The notes under the pieces: generated by a model
The model's input: the letters and a program-made list of their open reading frames with translations, nothing else
What the model was told of the DNA's origin: nothing
The model's database searches: none
Part shown: piece after piece, positions 37,146-47,985 of the stretch
How positions within the stretch are numbered: the first letter of the stretch is position 1
Layout of the letters: every line of letters starts with the position of its first letter
Origin: Deltaproteobacteria bacterium RBG_13_43_22
Lineage (GTDB): Bacteria; Desulfobacterota; RBG-13-43-22
DNA: 64,000 nt
Assembly (NCBI GenBank): GCA_001797675.1
Contig: MGQB01000001.1
Span: forward strand, 248,816 to 312,815
Reading direction: 5' to 3'
Made by a program: the position numbers and the translations under genes

Positions 37146-37593
37146 AAATTTTTGTATTAAACCTTCATGATCATGTAGGGCGGCATCGAAGCCTCAAAAC
37201 CCCCCTCCCCCTCCGAGGGGGGAAGAAGGGGTGGGGGTAGACCATTAATCTGTTTTCTTGCTAAAGGTATTATTATTTGATCCATTTTGTTTAATATATT
37301 AGTCCAGGAAGGGCTTTCCCACAATTAAATTAATGATTGACCTTACGCCTTTCTATATGCTATGAATACATTGATAATCTCTGAGAAAAGGGGATTTGGT
37401 CCAAAAAGGATGCAATCTCCACTGAGAGGACACCCTCAACGACTCGAGTCCTTTAAGAATTTTTAGGGCTTTATTGCCAAAACCCGGGGCCCGATCCTGA
37501 ACTCCGACCCCACCGGTTGAGGAAAAAAGAATTGTTCGCGTCCGATTAATTCAAAACACAATCCAGTTAAAACTATAGGAGCATTATTAGCCT

Positions 37594-38238
37594 ATGGGCA
37601 AGAAAAATAATGGGAACGGCCGATCTATGGAAGGGATTTATTCCTTTTATTCTCCCTTTTATGATCTGATCTTTGGTAAAGTCCTTGAAGCCGGCAGAAA
37701 AAAGGCTTTCAATTATCTGAATTCTTTCAACAAAAAAGTCCTGGAGGTCGGCATTGGAACTGGATTGACCTTACCGCATTATCCCAAGAGTTGTCACATC
37801 GTGGGAATCGATATTTCTGCCAAGATGATCCAGCGGGCCAGGGAACGGGTCAAACAGATGGGTAATGGACTCAAGGTGGAACTTCAGGTTATGGATGCCT
37901 GCCGGATGACCTTTGAAGACAACACCTTTGATGCCGTACTTTCTCCCTACGTCATCACAACGGTTCAGGATCCCTATCAATTCTGTCAAGAGATTATTCG
38001 GGTCTGCAAACCAGGAGGACAGATCATTATTGTTAATCACTCCAAAGACCCTGACCGGTTGTTGGGCAAAATTGAATCGATCGCTTCCCCCTTTTTTGCT
38101 AAAGTCGGCTTTGTTACCGACCTGGATGTAGTTTCCCTGGTTAAATCCACGGAAATCGAGATCCAGAGAATCATCGATTGTAACCTCTTTAATCTGCACA
38201 AGATCATCCTGGGTCAAAAACCCATGCACCTGACCTGA
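37594..38238 (+). CDS. Class I SAM-dependent methyltransferase
   Basis: 214 aa with motif I VLEVGIGTG and the post-I acidic residue. Confidence 0.75.
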   Translation: MGKKNNGNGRSMEGIYSFYSPFYDLIFGKVLEAGRKKAFNYLNSFNKKVLEVGIGTGLTLPHYPKSCHIVGIDISAKMIQRARERVKQMGNGLKVELQVMDACRMTFEDNTFDAVLSPYVITTVQDPYQFCQEIIRVCKPGGQIIIVNHSKDPDRLLGKIESIASPFFAKVGFVTDLDVVSLVKSTEIEIQRIIDCNLFNLHKIILGQKPMHLT

Positions 38239-38368
38239 ACCTTTCTGGAATATAATGCAAAAATACCGTTCGGCGTTCAGTGGTCGTCGAACTCGATTAT
38301 CATGATTTGATGACACCCGTCACCTGCGAGCATAAGGATACATTTTTAAGTCTTTAAGGATCCCTCCT

Positions 38369-39790
38369 ATGTTTAAAAAAATAACTAAAAAAGAAGTCCA
38401 AGCCCTGGAAAAACGCTTGTCTTACCACCGGCGGTTGGTCTGGGATGAACTTTCCCCGGGGGATCGGGAAAAGGTTTGGAAAACAGCAGAAGACTATAAA
38501 TCCTTTTTGAATGCCTCCAAAACCGAACGGGAAACTATCTTCGAAATTTCCCGAAGATTAACCCTGGCAGGATTTAAAGAAGTGGATCATTCCGGGTCAA
38601 AAGGGAGGGTGTTCCAGGTCTGGAAAGACAAAGTTCTGGCCTTGGCCATTCTCGGGAAAGAGCCCTTATCAAGAGGGATGCAAATAATCGTTTCCCATGT
38701 AGATGCCCCTCGTCTGGATCTAAAACAACACCCCTTATATGAAGAAGCAGACCTGGCTTTTTTTAAGACCCACTATTATGGAGGAATTAAAAAATACCAA
38801 TGGCTGGCCAGACCCCTTGCCCTTCACGGAACCATTCTTACTGCCGAAAATAAAAAAATCAATCTGGCCATTGGCGAAAAAGAACAAGACCCTGTCTTCT
38901 CAGTGGCCGACCTCCTGCCTCACCTGGCCCGAAAGGTTCAGATGGAAAAAAAGCTTTCCGAGGCCATTGAGGGAGAAAAACTCAATATCCTGGTCGGTAG
39001 CACTCCTATAGGTCCGATCGAAACCAAGGAACGGTTCAAGCTGGCGACCCTACGGTATCTACATGAACATTACGGACTGATTGAAGAGGACCTGATCAGT
39101 GCTGAATTGGAGCTGGTCCCGGCCGAGCCCGCCCGGGATGTTGGCCTGGACAGGGGAATCGTCGGGGCCTATGGCCAGGATGATCGGGCCTGTGTCTTCA
39201 GCGCTCTGAAAGCCGCGATAGAGGTGGAAAAACCCGGCAGGACCGTGGTGATCCTGTTTTATGATAAAGAGGAAGTCGGAAGCGAAGGCAATACCAGCGC
39301 CCGGGCCCGGATATTGGAGGGTTTTTTACCCCGGTTGTTTTCCCTGAAGGGAGAAACCTTGTCTCCGCAGATCCTCGATGTGACTTTGACTGCTTCTCGG
39401 GCTATTTCCGCCGACGTGGCCGGGGCCTTGGACCCGGATTACCCGGAAGTCCATGAAAAACGGAACGCCCCGCGTCTGGGGTGCGGACTTTGTCTGACCA
39501 AATTTACCGGGTCGGGGGGAAAAATCGGCTCCAGCGATGCCCATGCCGAATATGTTTACTGGATCAGGAGGTTATTTAATCAAAAAGGGATTATTTGGCA
39601 GACGGGAGAAATGGGCAAAGTGGACGAAGGGGGAGGTGGCACAATCGCCAAGTTTTTAGCCGCCCTGGGTCTGGAGATTGTCGATTGCGGTACACCGGTC
39701 CTGTCTATGCATTCCCCTTTCGAATTGGTCAGCAAGGCCGACCTGTACATGACTTACAAAGGATACAAGGCATTTCTCCGGGCCTCCTGA
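38369..39790 (+). CDS. M18-family aminopeptidase
   Basis: 473 aa containing VSHVDAPRLDLK, GQDDRAC and the EEVGS metal-ligand motifs. Confidence 0.8.
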   Translation: MFKKITKKEVQALEKRLSYHRRLVWDELSPGDREKVWKTAEDYKSFLNASKTERETIFEISRRLTLAGFKEVDHSGSKGRVFQVWKDKVLALAILGKEPLSRGMQIIVSHVDAPRLDLKQHPLYEEADLAFFKTHYYGGIKKYQWLARPLALHGTILTAENKKINLAIGEKEQDPVFSVADLLPHLARKVQMEKKLSEAIEGEKLNILVGSTPIGPIETKERFKLATLRYLHEHYGLIEEDLISAELELVPAEPARDVGLDRGIVGAYGQDDRACVFSALKAAIEVEKPGRTVVILFYDKEEVGSEGNTSARARILEGFLPRLFSLKGETLSPQILDVTLTASRAISADVAGALDPDYPEVHEKRNAPRLGCGLCLTKFTGSGGKIGSSDAHAEYVYWIRRLFNQKGIIWQTGEMGKVDEGGGGTIAKFLAALGLEIVDCGTPVLSMHSPFELVSKADLYMTYKGYKAFLRAS

Positions 39791-40061
39791 TTTCTATCCA
39801 TTAAAACAAAACTCCTCGAACTTCAGGTCGACTATTCTTCCAGTGCCTTATTTCTGATTTTTTCTTTCCAAAAGCTTTGAATATTTCCGGCCTTGAAGTT
39901 CCATTTTTTCTTTTTTGTACGAGGTTCTCTCCCTGGTCTTATTGTAGGTTTTTTTTATTTCGAGTAAGTTATTATCAAAAACCAAGCCATTATTTCTACC
40001 TTTCCCATAAAAATAAATTGACTTTTTTAGGTTAATTCTATTGTATAGAGAGAACTGATCT

Positions 40062-40080
40062 CATAATAGAATTTATTATG
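40062..40080. promoter_or_regulatory. Palindromic operator candidate upstream of abfD
   Basis: CATAATA-GAATT-TATTATG. It lies just downstream of a TTGACT promoter-like hexamer and about 95 nt upstream of the start codon. Confidence 0.3.
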
Positions 40081-40173
40081 GAAAAATGAGTAGTCATGGA
40101 GCCTTTTGCAAAAGAATAGATTATACTATACCCAGTTAAAACCAAAACAAGGAAAATGTCTAAAGGAGGAAAA

Positions 40174-41673
40174 ATGAGAACCAAGGAACAGTATGTTCAG
40201 GGTCTTTCCAAGATGAAACGGAACATTTATTTCGACGGCCAGCGGATTGACCGCACGGACGAGCTCCAGAGGGACTGTCTCAATACCATCGGGACCACCT
40301 ACGATGAAGCCGCCAAACCGGAGAATCAAGACCTCTGCACCGCCATCTCCCATCTCACGGGAGAGCGGATCAACCGGTTCACCCATGTCCATCAAAACAC
40401 CGAAGACCTGCACCGAAAGCAGGACATGACCCGCATGCTCTGCCAAAAGGTGGGAGGGTGTATTCAGCGCTGCATGGGTATCGACGCTACCAATGCCGTT
40501 TACAATGTTTCTTATGAGGCGGACAAGCAGAACAATGGGGCCACCCAGTACCATGAGAATTTTAAGAAATGGCTGACCCGTTTCCAGACCGAAGATCTGG
40601 TGGGGTGCTGTGCCCAAACGGATGTCAAAGGGGACAGGCTGCTCAGGCCGGCCGACCAGGAGAATCCCGATGCCTATGTGCGGATCAAGGAAAGACGCAG
40701 CGACGGCATTGTGGTCAGTGGTTGCAAGCTGCACATATCGGAGGCCTCGGTGGCCGATGAGGTGCTGGTGGTCCCCACCCGGGCCTTACGTCCCGAGGAC
40801 AAGGATTATGCCGTGGCCTTCGCCGTTCCCGGTGATTGGGATGGATTGAAACAAGTGGTCACCATCCACAATCTTCGGTCAAGGGAGCATTTCAAGCGAG
40901 GGTTTTTGCCGGGTGCCACCGATTCCTATATGATCTTTGACGATTGCTTCGTCCCCTGGGAAAGGGTTTTTCTGGCCGGTGAGTTTCAGCATGGCGGGGT
41001 ATTGGCCTTACTTTTCGCCTTGTTCCACCGTCATTCCTATTCAGGCTGTAAACCGGCCATCGGTGACGTCTTGTTGGGCACCGCGGCCCTGGCTGCCGAA
41101 GTGAACAACATCCATAAGGCTTCCCATGTACGGGAAAAATTGGCCGAGATCATCATGACCACCGAATTGGGTTATGCCGCCGGATATACGGCTTCGGATT
41201 TGGGGAAACCGGAGGTTTACATGCCCGGGGTGGGATTCGTCCCTTACGGACCCGGCTCGTATATTCCCAATTCGATCTATTGTAACGTGGGCCGCTGTCT
41301 AACCGGCGAAGCGGTTTATCGGGAAGCGGAGATCTTATGTGATCTGGCCGGTGGTGTGGTGGCCACTTTCCCTCATGAGAAGGATTTTGTGAACCCGGAT
41401 ATTAAAGATCTTCTCCTGAAGTACACCAAAAGGAATCCCAAGATGGCGGTGGAGGATCAGGCCCAGTTCTGGCGATACTTGGGCGATATGCTCTGTTCGG
41501 CCACAGGCGGCATCAATAGTGTGGGCAACTACCACGGAGGCGGCTCGCCAATCATGGAACAGATCGCCATCACCACTCAGTATGATATTGAGGCCAGGAA
41601 AAAGCTGGTCAAGCATATCGCCGGTATGAGCGGCGGTGACCGCGAGGCCTTGAGCAAGCCTGGAAACCGCTAA
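40174..41673 (+). CDS. abfD: 4-hydroxybutyryl-CoA dehydratase / vinylacetyl-CoA isomerase family (4-HPA hydroxylase-like fold)
   Basis: The Cys/His cluster context CQKVGGCIQRC and HRHSYSGCK matches the AbfD [4Fe-4S] ligand pattern. The start is set at ATG 40174 (AGGAGG 5 nt upstream; MRTKEQYVQGL). Confidence 0.8.
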   Translation: MRTKEQYVQGLSKMKRNIYFDGQRIDRTDELQRDCLNTIGTTYDEAAKPENQDLCTAISHLTGERINRFTHVHQNTEDLHRKQDMTRMLCQKVGGCIQRCMGIDATNAVYNVSYEADKQNNGATQYHENFKKWLTRFQTEDLVGCCAQTDVKGDRLLRPADQENPDAYVRIKERRSDGIVVSGCKLHISEASVADEVLVVPTRALRPEDKDYAVAFAVPGDWDGLKQVVTIHNLRSREHFKRGFLPGATDSYMIFDDCFVPWERVFLAGEFQHGGVLALLFALFHRHSYSGCKPAIGDVLLGTAALAAEVNNIHKASHVREKLAEIIMTTELGYAAGYTASDLGKPEVYMPGVGFVPYGPGSYIPNSIYCNVGRCLTGEAVYREAEILCDLAGGVVATFPHEKDFVNPDIKDLLLKYTKRNPKMAVEDQAQFWRYLGDMLCSATGGINSVGNYHGGGSPIMEQIAITTQYDIEARKKLVKHIAGMSGGDREALSKPGNR

Positions 41674-41720
41674 CCTCAAACTTTCCTGGAAATAAAAAAA
41701 ATAACGGATCATTTTTTTCG

Positions 41721-41758
41721 TGCCCCTTCCCGTTTGATCGGTTAGGGGCATTTTTTTT
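41721..41758 (+). terminator. Rho-independent terminator after abfD
   Basis: TGCCCCT (41721..41727) pairs with AGGGGCA (41744..41750) and is followed by T8 (41751..41758). Confidence 0.7.
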
Positions 41759-41872
41759 AACCTATCGAACAGGAACTCAATTAGGAAAAAATATGGAAAA
41801 GGGGTTCTACTTTCTTGATATAATCTATTAGATTCTACAAGAAATTTCAAAAATAATAATTGATCAGGAAGG

Positions 41873-42922
41873 ATGGTAACGATGCGGGAAAAACCTTGTT
41901 TTGCAGGGACGATGATGGGGGCGGTGCCTTACCGTGAAATGGACCGGGTCGCGGAAATCATCCTGGAATGTTTTCCGGAAGCGCCCAGTCTTCCGATCAT
42001 GACCAGGAACATTCGCTGGATGCTGGAGGGGATTCCCTGCCTGGTGTTCGACCGGGAAAGACGGATTGTTTATTTCGATTTGTCTACGGAAAGGGAAGGA
42101 GAAATTCTGGATTTCTATGACCGGATTGAAGCCGACGATTTGGACTATTTCGCCACCACCTCCAAAGCCGCCCCTTTTTTTCATCAAATGATCGAGCGGA
42201 TTCAGGGTTCCCGAACATCACAACTAAAATGGGTGATTTTCCATACCTCCGGACCATTGTTGTTCGGCGACATGCTCAAACAAGCGGACGGCACCCCTTC
42301 GATCCACAATGAAACCTTGCGGGATATCCTGATCAAGGGACTGAATGCAAAAGCCCGCTGGCTGGAAAAAAAGATCAGGGCGGAAATCCCCGGCGTTGAG
42401 GTAGTAGCCGACCTGCCGGAAACAACCCTGGTCAATTTTACTTCTTCGGCCGGTACCGGCTCCCGGGAAGAGATTATCGAGGCCATCAACTTAAGCTTTG
42501 AAAATATCAATGGACTTACCTGGGTTCACTGCTGTGCCAATATCGATTGGTCTCTGCTTTTAGATTCCCGGGTGCAGGTCGTCAATTTCGATGCCTACCA
42601 GCATGCGGAGCAGGTTGCCCTTTATGCCAAGGAGATCCAATCCTTTATAAAAAGAGGAGGGATGTTGGGCTGGGGTATTGTCCCTGTGGTCAGTGATCAT
42701 CTCAAAGGAGAAACCACGGAAAGCCTTATTCAAAGGCTGGAGGAGGGTATAGAACGTTTTGTGCAGCAAGGGATCGACGAAAAAACCTTGGCCGAGTCTT
42801 CCTGGGTCCTGCCCTCTTGCGAGACGGTCCTTCTCACCCCCGAAGAATCCGACCGGGCCTTAAAAATAACCAGTGAGATTTCTCAGGCCATGAAAAAGAA
42901 GTACGGCTTTGACCATCCATGA
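41873..42922 (+). CDS. Uncharacterised protein, possibly MetE-C-terminal/UROD-like TIM barrel with a Zn site
   Basis: 349 aa. HCC (WVHCCAN) and a later PSCE resemble the His/Cys...Cys Zn ligands of cobalamin-independent methionine-synthase-like proteins. The assignment is by eye only. An alternative start is ATG 41882. Confidence 0.35.
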   Translation: MVTMREKPCFAGTMMGAVPYREMDRVAEIILECFPEAPSLPIMTRNIRWMLEGIPCLVFDRERRIVYFDLSTEREGEILDFYDRIEADDLDYFATTSKAAPFFHQMIERIQGSRTSQLKWVIFHTSGPLLFGDMLKQADGTPSIHNETLRDILIKGLNAKARWLEKKIRAEIPGVEVVADLPETTLVNFTSSAGTGSREEIIEAINLSFENINGLTWVHCCANIDWSLLLDSRVQVVNFDAYQHAEQVALYAKEIQSFIKRGGMLGWGIVPVVSDHLKGETTESLIQRLEEGIERFVQQGIDEKTLAESSWVLPSCETVLLTPEESDRALKITSEISQAMKKKYGFDHP

Positions 42923-43031
42923 AGTGCTGGTTGCCTCTTTTTGCAGCACTTAGGGGTGCTTAAAAAGGTCACTGTCAAAAGAAAAGGTCATCCGTAGGCA
43001 AGAAATTTTTCTTCAAGGTTTTGAGGTCAGG

Positions 43032-44012
43032 TTAGGGATTGGTTTTAATAAATTCTTTCATGTTTTTTTCCAAAAGGGTTTTTCCACCGGCTGGAATTTT
43101 GAGTTGATGAACGCCAACCGGCAGGGTATAACCTTGGATTTCCGGATTCAGCTCTTTCAGTTCTTTAAAATAAGATCCACAGGCCTTGGCAATATCCCGA
43201 AGAGGGACTGACTTGGAAAGGTACAAGGTCACCGTATCGGTTTCAATAACCGGATAGTGGTCTTTTTCCGGAAGATCAAAACCGTACTTCTTGGGGTCGC
43301 TCAATAAAACTTTAACAGTTAAGATACGAAAGATATATCGTTCGGTTTCCTGGGGCAGGGCCAGGCGGTAATAGTTATTCTCCCCCTGTTGATTTATTTC
43401 TTCTTTAACCCGGTCCTCCCCGCAGTTATAGGCGGCCATGGCCAGGGTCCATTTTCCAAATTGATCGTATAAAAACTTTAAGTAACTGATAGCCGCATCG
43501 GTAGATTTGGCCAGATCCAACCGTTCGTCGATCCAGGATTTTTTTTGCAGGTTGAATCGTTTTCCTGTTCTTTCGATGAATTGCCAGAATCCGGCCGCCC
43601 CTTTATTGGAAAAGGCCCTGGGCAGAATTGAGCTTTCTGCCACCATTAGGTATTTTAAATCGTCCGGCATACCTTTTTCTTTCAGACGGGCTTCTATTAC
43701 AGGAAAGTAGCGCCTGCTTCGTTTCAACCATAAATAGACCTGCCCTTGATCATAGACGTTGAGCATGAACTCCCGATCCATGCGCTCCCAGACCCATCGA
43801 TCCGATAAGGGGACCGTTTCTCCGCAAAGGGACAAAGTCCGGGGGAAGGCAAGGTGGGAGGTCTGGGGATGGACCAGAGGTTGGACTTGAGCCTGAGCCG
43901 GGTTCTCCCACAGAGGGAAAAAAACCAAACAGAGGATGGAAAAAAGGAAATTCCTTTTCGCCTGTTTGAAGGGCCTCATCGTTATTTTACGTTCCAGCTG
44001 ATCAAGCCTCAC
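43032..44012 (-). CDS. Lytic transglycosylase (SLT domain) with a C-terminal LysM-like segment
   Basis: 326 aa with a signal peptide and the catalytic block [23 protein letters not shown], followed by AYNCG. Confidence 0.8.
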   Translation of the reverse strand: MRLDQLERKITMRPFKQAKRNFLFSILCLVFFPLWENPAQAQVQPLVHPQTSHLAFPRTLSLCGETVPLSDRWVWERMDREFMLNVYDQGQVYLWLKRSRRYFPVIEARLKEKGMPDDLKYLMVAESSILPRAFSNKGAAGFWQFIERTGKRFNLQKKSWIDERLDLAKSTDAAISYLKFLYDQFGKWTLAMAAYNCGEDRVKEEINQQGENNYYRLALPQETERYIFRILTVKVLLSDPKKYGFDLPEKDHYPVIETDTVTLYLSKSVPLRDIAKACGSYFKELKELNPEIQGYTLPVGVHQLKIPAGGKTLLEKNMKEFIKTNP

Positions 44013-44425
44013 CGGACGATCTCCAGGGCGTTGAAGAAATAGCCGATTTCATACCGGGCTGTTTCCGGTCCGTCGGACCCATGGACGATGTTTTGCTCGA
44101 TACTGCTGGCAAAATCAGCACGGATGGTTCCGGGATCGGCCTTGGTGTAATCGGTAGCCCCCATCAGTTGTCTGTTTTTCTCAATGGCCCCTTCCCCCTC
44201 GAGGATCAGAACCACACAGGGTCCGGAAGACATAAAATCGGTCAGGCTGTTAAAAAAAGATTTTTGTCGATGAACGTCATAAAAGCCCTCGGCCTGTTTT
44301 TTATTCATGGAGATCATCTTCAATGCCGCTACTTTAAGACCGTGGGATTCAAATCTTTTAATGACCTCCCCGATCAGCCCTTTGGCCACCCCATCGGGTT
44401 TAATGATTGACAACGTTCGTTCCAT
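44009..44425 (-). CDS. ndk: Nucleoside-diphosphate kinase
   Basis: 138 aa containing [11 protein letters not shown] and the active-site NIVHGSD. Confidence 0.96.
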   Translation of the reverse strand: MERTLSIIKPDGVAKGLIGEVIKRFESHGLKVAALKMISMNKKQAEGFYDVHRQKSFFNSLTDFMSSGPCVVLILEGEGAIEKNRQLMGATDYTKADPGTIRADFASSIEQNIVHGSDGPETARYEIGYFFNALEIVR

Positions 44426-44462
44426 CCGCCTCTCCTCAATTAATTGGATTTTTTTATGTTAA

Positions 44463-44492
44463 ACTCTATCGAAATTTTCCCTGGACTGTCAA
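44463..44492 (-). promoter_or_regulatory. Sigma-70-like promoter candidate for ndk
   Basis: The minus strand reads TTGACA (44492..44487), an 18-nt spacer, then TAGAGT (44468..44463). Confidence 0.3.
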
Positions 44493-44601
44493 GGGGTAAA
44501 TAAAGCCTGCCCCGTCATACTTTTGAAGGTCTTTCCAAAACGAGGCTCCGATTGATTGGATTTGAGGGATTTCTTTTCCGGGTTGTCCAAAAGAATTGTT
44601 C

Positions 44602-45522
44602 TTAGAAAATTATGGGAAGTTTTTTGGGCAGGATCTGAAAACGGGCCGGGAGGCGGCCGACCAGTTCGCCGTCAAGATCGATCAGGACCTCTTCTTCGGA
44701 GGTTAGTTCAATGGACCGGGCCTGAAAGGTCTCGACCTTGGGATGTTCAGCTATAGTCCCGCGATAAAGGCGGGTTATATTTGTCAATACTTCCATTTTG
44801 GATACATCGCCGATTACTACCAGATTGAAATAACCGTCTTCCAAACGAGCTTCCGGGGCTACCCACATCCCTCCGCCGAAATATTGTCCATTGGCGATAA
44901 CGACGGAACTGGCCCTTATTTCAAAATCTTCTTTTTCATCAATAGAGATATGAACCCTTTTATTTTGGTACTGGAACAGGGTTACCAAGACCCCTTTTAA
45001 AAAGCTTAGTTTTCCCCCCAGCCTTTTGGAATGACTGTTCACATAACGGACCAGGTCTCCGCCGAATCCCACATCGGTCACATTGACAAAATACCGCTGG
45101 ACCGGACGACCCTCCATATCCGTAAATTGGACTTGGCCGATGTCAATGGGTTGGGCGGAGCCTCCCACGGCCTGCCGGGCGGCCTCAGGTAAAGAATGAG
45201 AAATCCCCAGGGTGCGAACCAGATCGGCGCCGGTCCCGCTGGGCAAAAGGGCCAAGGGGATCGGCGGGGAGGATGGGTTTAAAATTCCGTTGACTACTTC
45301 ATTGAAGGTTCCGTCCCCCCCATGGACGGCAATGGTCGTATATCCGGACTGGACGGCCTTTTCAGCAAGTTCCCTGGCATGGCCGGTGTGGGTCGTAGGC
45401 CAGACTTGGAAGGGAGGCAAAAGGTTTCGCAACCAAGTTACATTGTGGGACCATTGCCGGCCTGTTCTTCCATCGGCACTGGCCGGGTTGACGATGACGA
45501 CCCAGGGAGGATGGTTTTGCAT
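44602..45522 (-). CDS. Diacylglycerol/lipid kinase family protein (YegS/BmrU-like)
   Basis: 306 aa with the GGDGT motif (VHGGDGTFNEVVNG). Confidence 0.82.
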   Translation of the reverse strand: MQNHPPWVVIVNPASADGRTGRQWSHNVTWLRNLLPPFQVWPTTHTGHARELAEKAVQSGYTTIAVHGGDGTFNEVVNGILNPSSPPIPLALLPSGTGADLVRTLGISHSLPEAARQAVGGSAQPIDIGQVQFTDMEGRPVQRYFVNVTDVGFGGDLVRYVNSHSKRLGGKLSFLKGVLVTLFQYQNKRVHISIDEKEDFEIRASSVVIANGQYFGGGMWVAPEARLEDGYFNLVVIGDVSKMEVLTNITRLYRGTIAEHPKVETFQARSIELTSEEEVLIDLDGELVGRLPARFQILPKKLPIIF

Positions 45523-45524
45523 GA

Positions 45525-46721
45525 CTACAGATTCTGCAAGGCCTGGCCGATCTTTTGACCCAGTTGGATGGCCGCTTCGATTTTCTGGGGATCGGGGACA
45601 AATTGAACCCTCAAACCCGGATCAATCAAATCGAATTTCATTTCTTCCAATTCTTGGTTGATCAGTTTGACAGCCTCCCCGCTCCAGCCGTAGGAGCCGA
45701 AAGCAGCGGCTATTTTTTTGCTGGGTTTCAATCCCTTCAGGTAGGTCAGGAAATCCATAACCGTCGGGAAAAGACCATTGTTCAAAGTCGGGGACCCCAC
45801 AATAACTGCCCCGGCATCCAGGATCTCGGTTATGACATCGCTTCGATGACTGGCCCGGAGATGCATGGGTTTGGCCTCAACCCCGAGCTGACAAAGACCG
45901 TCCACGATGGCCTCGGCCAGTTTCTGGGTGCTTTGCCACATGGTGTCATAAATGACCACGGCCTTCTTTTTAGGCTTCTGTCGGCTCCATTCCACGTAGG
46001 CATTGATTATTTTTGTCGGGTCCTGCCTCCATATGATTCCGTGATCAGGACAAATGGTTTTGATCTCCAGACCCACTTGAGAAACCTTTTCCACTAATTG
46101 GAGAACTAAGGGGGCATACAGGAGCAAAATATTGGCGAAATATTTCCGGGCATGAGGTATGATGGCCTCTCCCACCTGGTCGTCAAATCGTTCCGGACCG
46201 GCATAGTGCTGGCCGAAGGCATCACTCGAAAAAAGGAGGTGTTCTTCTTTCATATAGGAAAACATACTATCCGGCCAGTGGAGCATCCGTGTTTCCAGAA
46301 AGGTTAAAGTTTTTTTCCCTAAATTCAAAACTCCTCCGTTCTCCACCGGTTGATAATTCCATTTTTCCTGAAAATGAAGAGAGAGGTTTTTTTGTCCCAC
46401 CTTCGAGCAGTACAGGGGTTTATCTTCTCCGATTTTATGCATGACCCGGGGTAGGCTGCCGGAATGGTCCATCTCGGTGTGATTGCTGATGACATAGTCA
46501 ATCTTTTTAGGATCGATGATTTGAGAGACATTACTCAGAAGTTGGTCGGCGAATTCTTTTTTGACCGTATCGATCAAGGTCACCTTTTCATCCAGGATCA
46601 AGTAGGCATTATAGGTTGAACCCTGGGGAGTGGCATAACCATGAAAATCCCTCAGGTTCCAATCAACCGCTCCCACCCAATAAATACCTTTGACTATTTC
46701 CAATGGTTTCATGATATTCAC
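45525..46721 (-). CDS. fprA: Flavodiiron protein (FprA / rubredoxin:oxygen oxidoreductase type)
   Basis: 398 aa with a metallo-beta-lactamase-like diiron motif NHTEMDHSG plus a C-terminal flavodoxin domain. Confidence 0.88.
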   Translation of the reverse strand: MNIMKPLEIVKGIYWVGAVDWNLRDFHGYATPQGSTYNAYLILDEKVTLIDTVKKEFADQLLSNVSQIIDPKKIDYVISNHTEMDHSGSLPRVMHKIGEDKPLYCSKVGQKNLSLHFQEKWNYQPVENGGVLNLGKKTLTFLETRMLHWPDSMFSYMKEEHLLFSSDAFGQHYAGPERFDDQVGEAIIPHARKYFANILLLYAPLVLQLVEKVSQVGLEIKTICPDHGIIWRQDPTKIINAYVEWSRQKPKKKAVVIYDTMWQSTQKLAEAIVDGLCQLGVEAKPMHLRASHRSDVITEILDAGAVIVGSPTLNNGLFPTVMDFLTYLKGLKPSKKIAAAFGSYGWSGEAVKLINQELEEMKFDLIDPGLRVQFVPDPQKIEAAIQLGQKIGQALQNL

Positions 46722-46783
46722 CTCGGTTTAAAATGATGATAAAAGATTCAAAATCAACAACAGACCGTTTTAGTTCGGAGAAG

Positions 46784-46869
46784 TGGACAACTTTAAAAAA
46801 ACAAGGCCCTTAAACACTGTACATCAAGTTAGAGATAAATTCTCAGATCAAAAGATTAAGTATCTAAAG
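46784..46869 (+). repeat. Copy 2 of the two-copy ~85-nt element (partner 812..896, opposite strand)
   Basis: TGGACAACTT...GTTAGAGATAAATTCTCAGAT...TAAGTATCTAAAG. It lies between the fprA start and the kinase stop and is antisense to both. Confidence 0.75.
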
Positions 46870-46882
46870 AAGGGTACGACAC

Positions 46883-47971
46883 CTATGCCTCTCTTAAAAG
46901 AGGCAAAGAAATTTTAGCGATGGTCCCTTTTCCCTCTTGACTATCCAGTCCCAGAGTGCCTCCGGGATGGTCCTCGATAATTTTTTTCGAAACACTAAGG
47001 CCGAGGCCCGTACCCCGGCGCTTGGTGGTAAAAAATGGGGTAAATAACCGGTCCCGGTCTTTCAGTGGTATTCCCGGACCGTTATCCGTAATGGTAATTT
47101 CCGCCTGGTTGTCCGTCCGTTTAGAGTGGATAGTGAGAGTCCCTCCCTTTTCCATAGCCTCTAAGGCATTTTTTACTAAATTTAGAAAAACCTGTTTTAA
47201 TTTACCTGGGTCCCCTTCAACGAAAAGGGGATTTTGGTGCGTTTCCAACTGGAGTGTTATTTGGGCAGTTTTACAATCCTCTTTGGAAAGGGAATAAATC
47301 TCCTCCAATAAGGTATTGACATTCACCCGTTCGAAAGTTAATTTTTGAGGACGGTAAACCTCCTTGAGTTCCAGAATCAGCTTTTCCAGTCTCTGGACTT
47401 CATCGGCAATAATTTTCAGCTTGCCTTGACTCTTCTCATCCTGGACGGTTCGTGAAAGCTGCCGGGCAAACCCACCAATCATGATCAAAGGATTTTTGAT
47501 TTCATGGGTGATTTCAGCCACCAGTTGGCCCAGGGCGGCCAGACGTTCGGATTGGGCAATTTTTTCTTGAAGGGCTTTGGTTTCCGTCAGATCCCGGACA
47601 ATTCCGGTAAAATAAAATTTGCCCTCGATTTCCGAAACGGAAAAAGAGATGGAGAGAGGAAACCTCTCCCCATTCTTTCGGGTAGTCAGAAATTCGGTTT
47701 GATGGCCGATGAGTTTTGGTTCCCGGAAGTCTAAGAACCTGGAAACCGCCTGTTTGTGGCCTTGCTCACATTCGGGGGAGAGAATCAATCCCAAATCTTT
47801 CCCCAAGACCTCTTCCCGGGAGTACCCAAAAATTTTTTCGGCGGCCTTATTAAAAATGATTACCTGATGATGTTGATCAATGGTAATAAATCCCTCGTTG
47901 GTATTCTCAGTCGCCCCCCGAAGGATGATCGATTCCCGATCAGAAGAGGGATCTCCCCTCTTTTTTCGCAT
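46883..47971 (-). CDS. PAS-domain sensor histidine kinase (cytoplasmic)
   Basis: 362 aa with a PAS domain (ITIDQHHQVIIFNKAAEKIFGYSREEVLGKDL), H-box AEITHEIKNPL, and N/G boxes (NLVKNALEAM, DNGPGI, GTGLGL). Confidence 0.9.
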   Translation of the reverse strand: MRKKRGDPSSDRESIILRGATENTNEGFITIDQHHQVIIFNKAAEKIFGYSREEVLGKDLGLILSPECEQGHKQAVSRFLDFREPKLIGHQTEFLTTRKNGERFPLSISFSVSEIEGKFYFTGIVRDLTETKALQEKIAQSERLAALGQLVAEITHEIKNPLIMIGGFARQLSRTVQDEKSQGKLKIIADEVQRLEKLILELKEVYRPQKLTFERVNVNTLLEEIYSLSKEDCKTAQITLQLETHQNPLFVEGDPGKLKQVFLNLVKNALEAMEKGGTLTIHSKRTDNQAEITITDNGPGIPLKDRDRLFTPFFTTKRRGTGLGLSVSKKIIEDHPGGTLGLDSQEGKGTIAKISLPLLREA

Positions 47972-47985
47972 AGAGAGTCCGCCTG

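Noticed and set aside
37200-37237. C-run/G-run segment CCCCCCTCCCCCTCCGAGGGGGGAAGAAGGGGTGGGGG, considered as a G-quadruplex or special hairpin.
   Set aside because: There are only three long G-runs, and the pairing is imperfect. It is a single occurrence with no supporting context.
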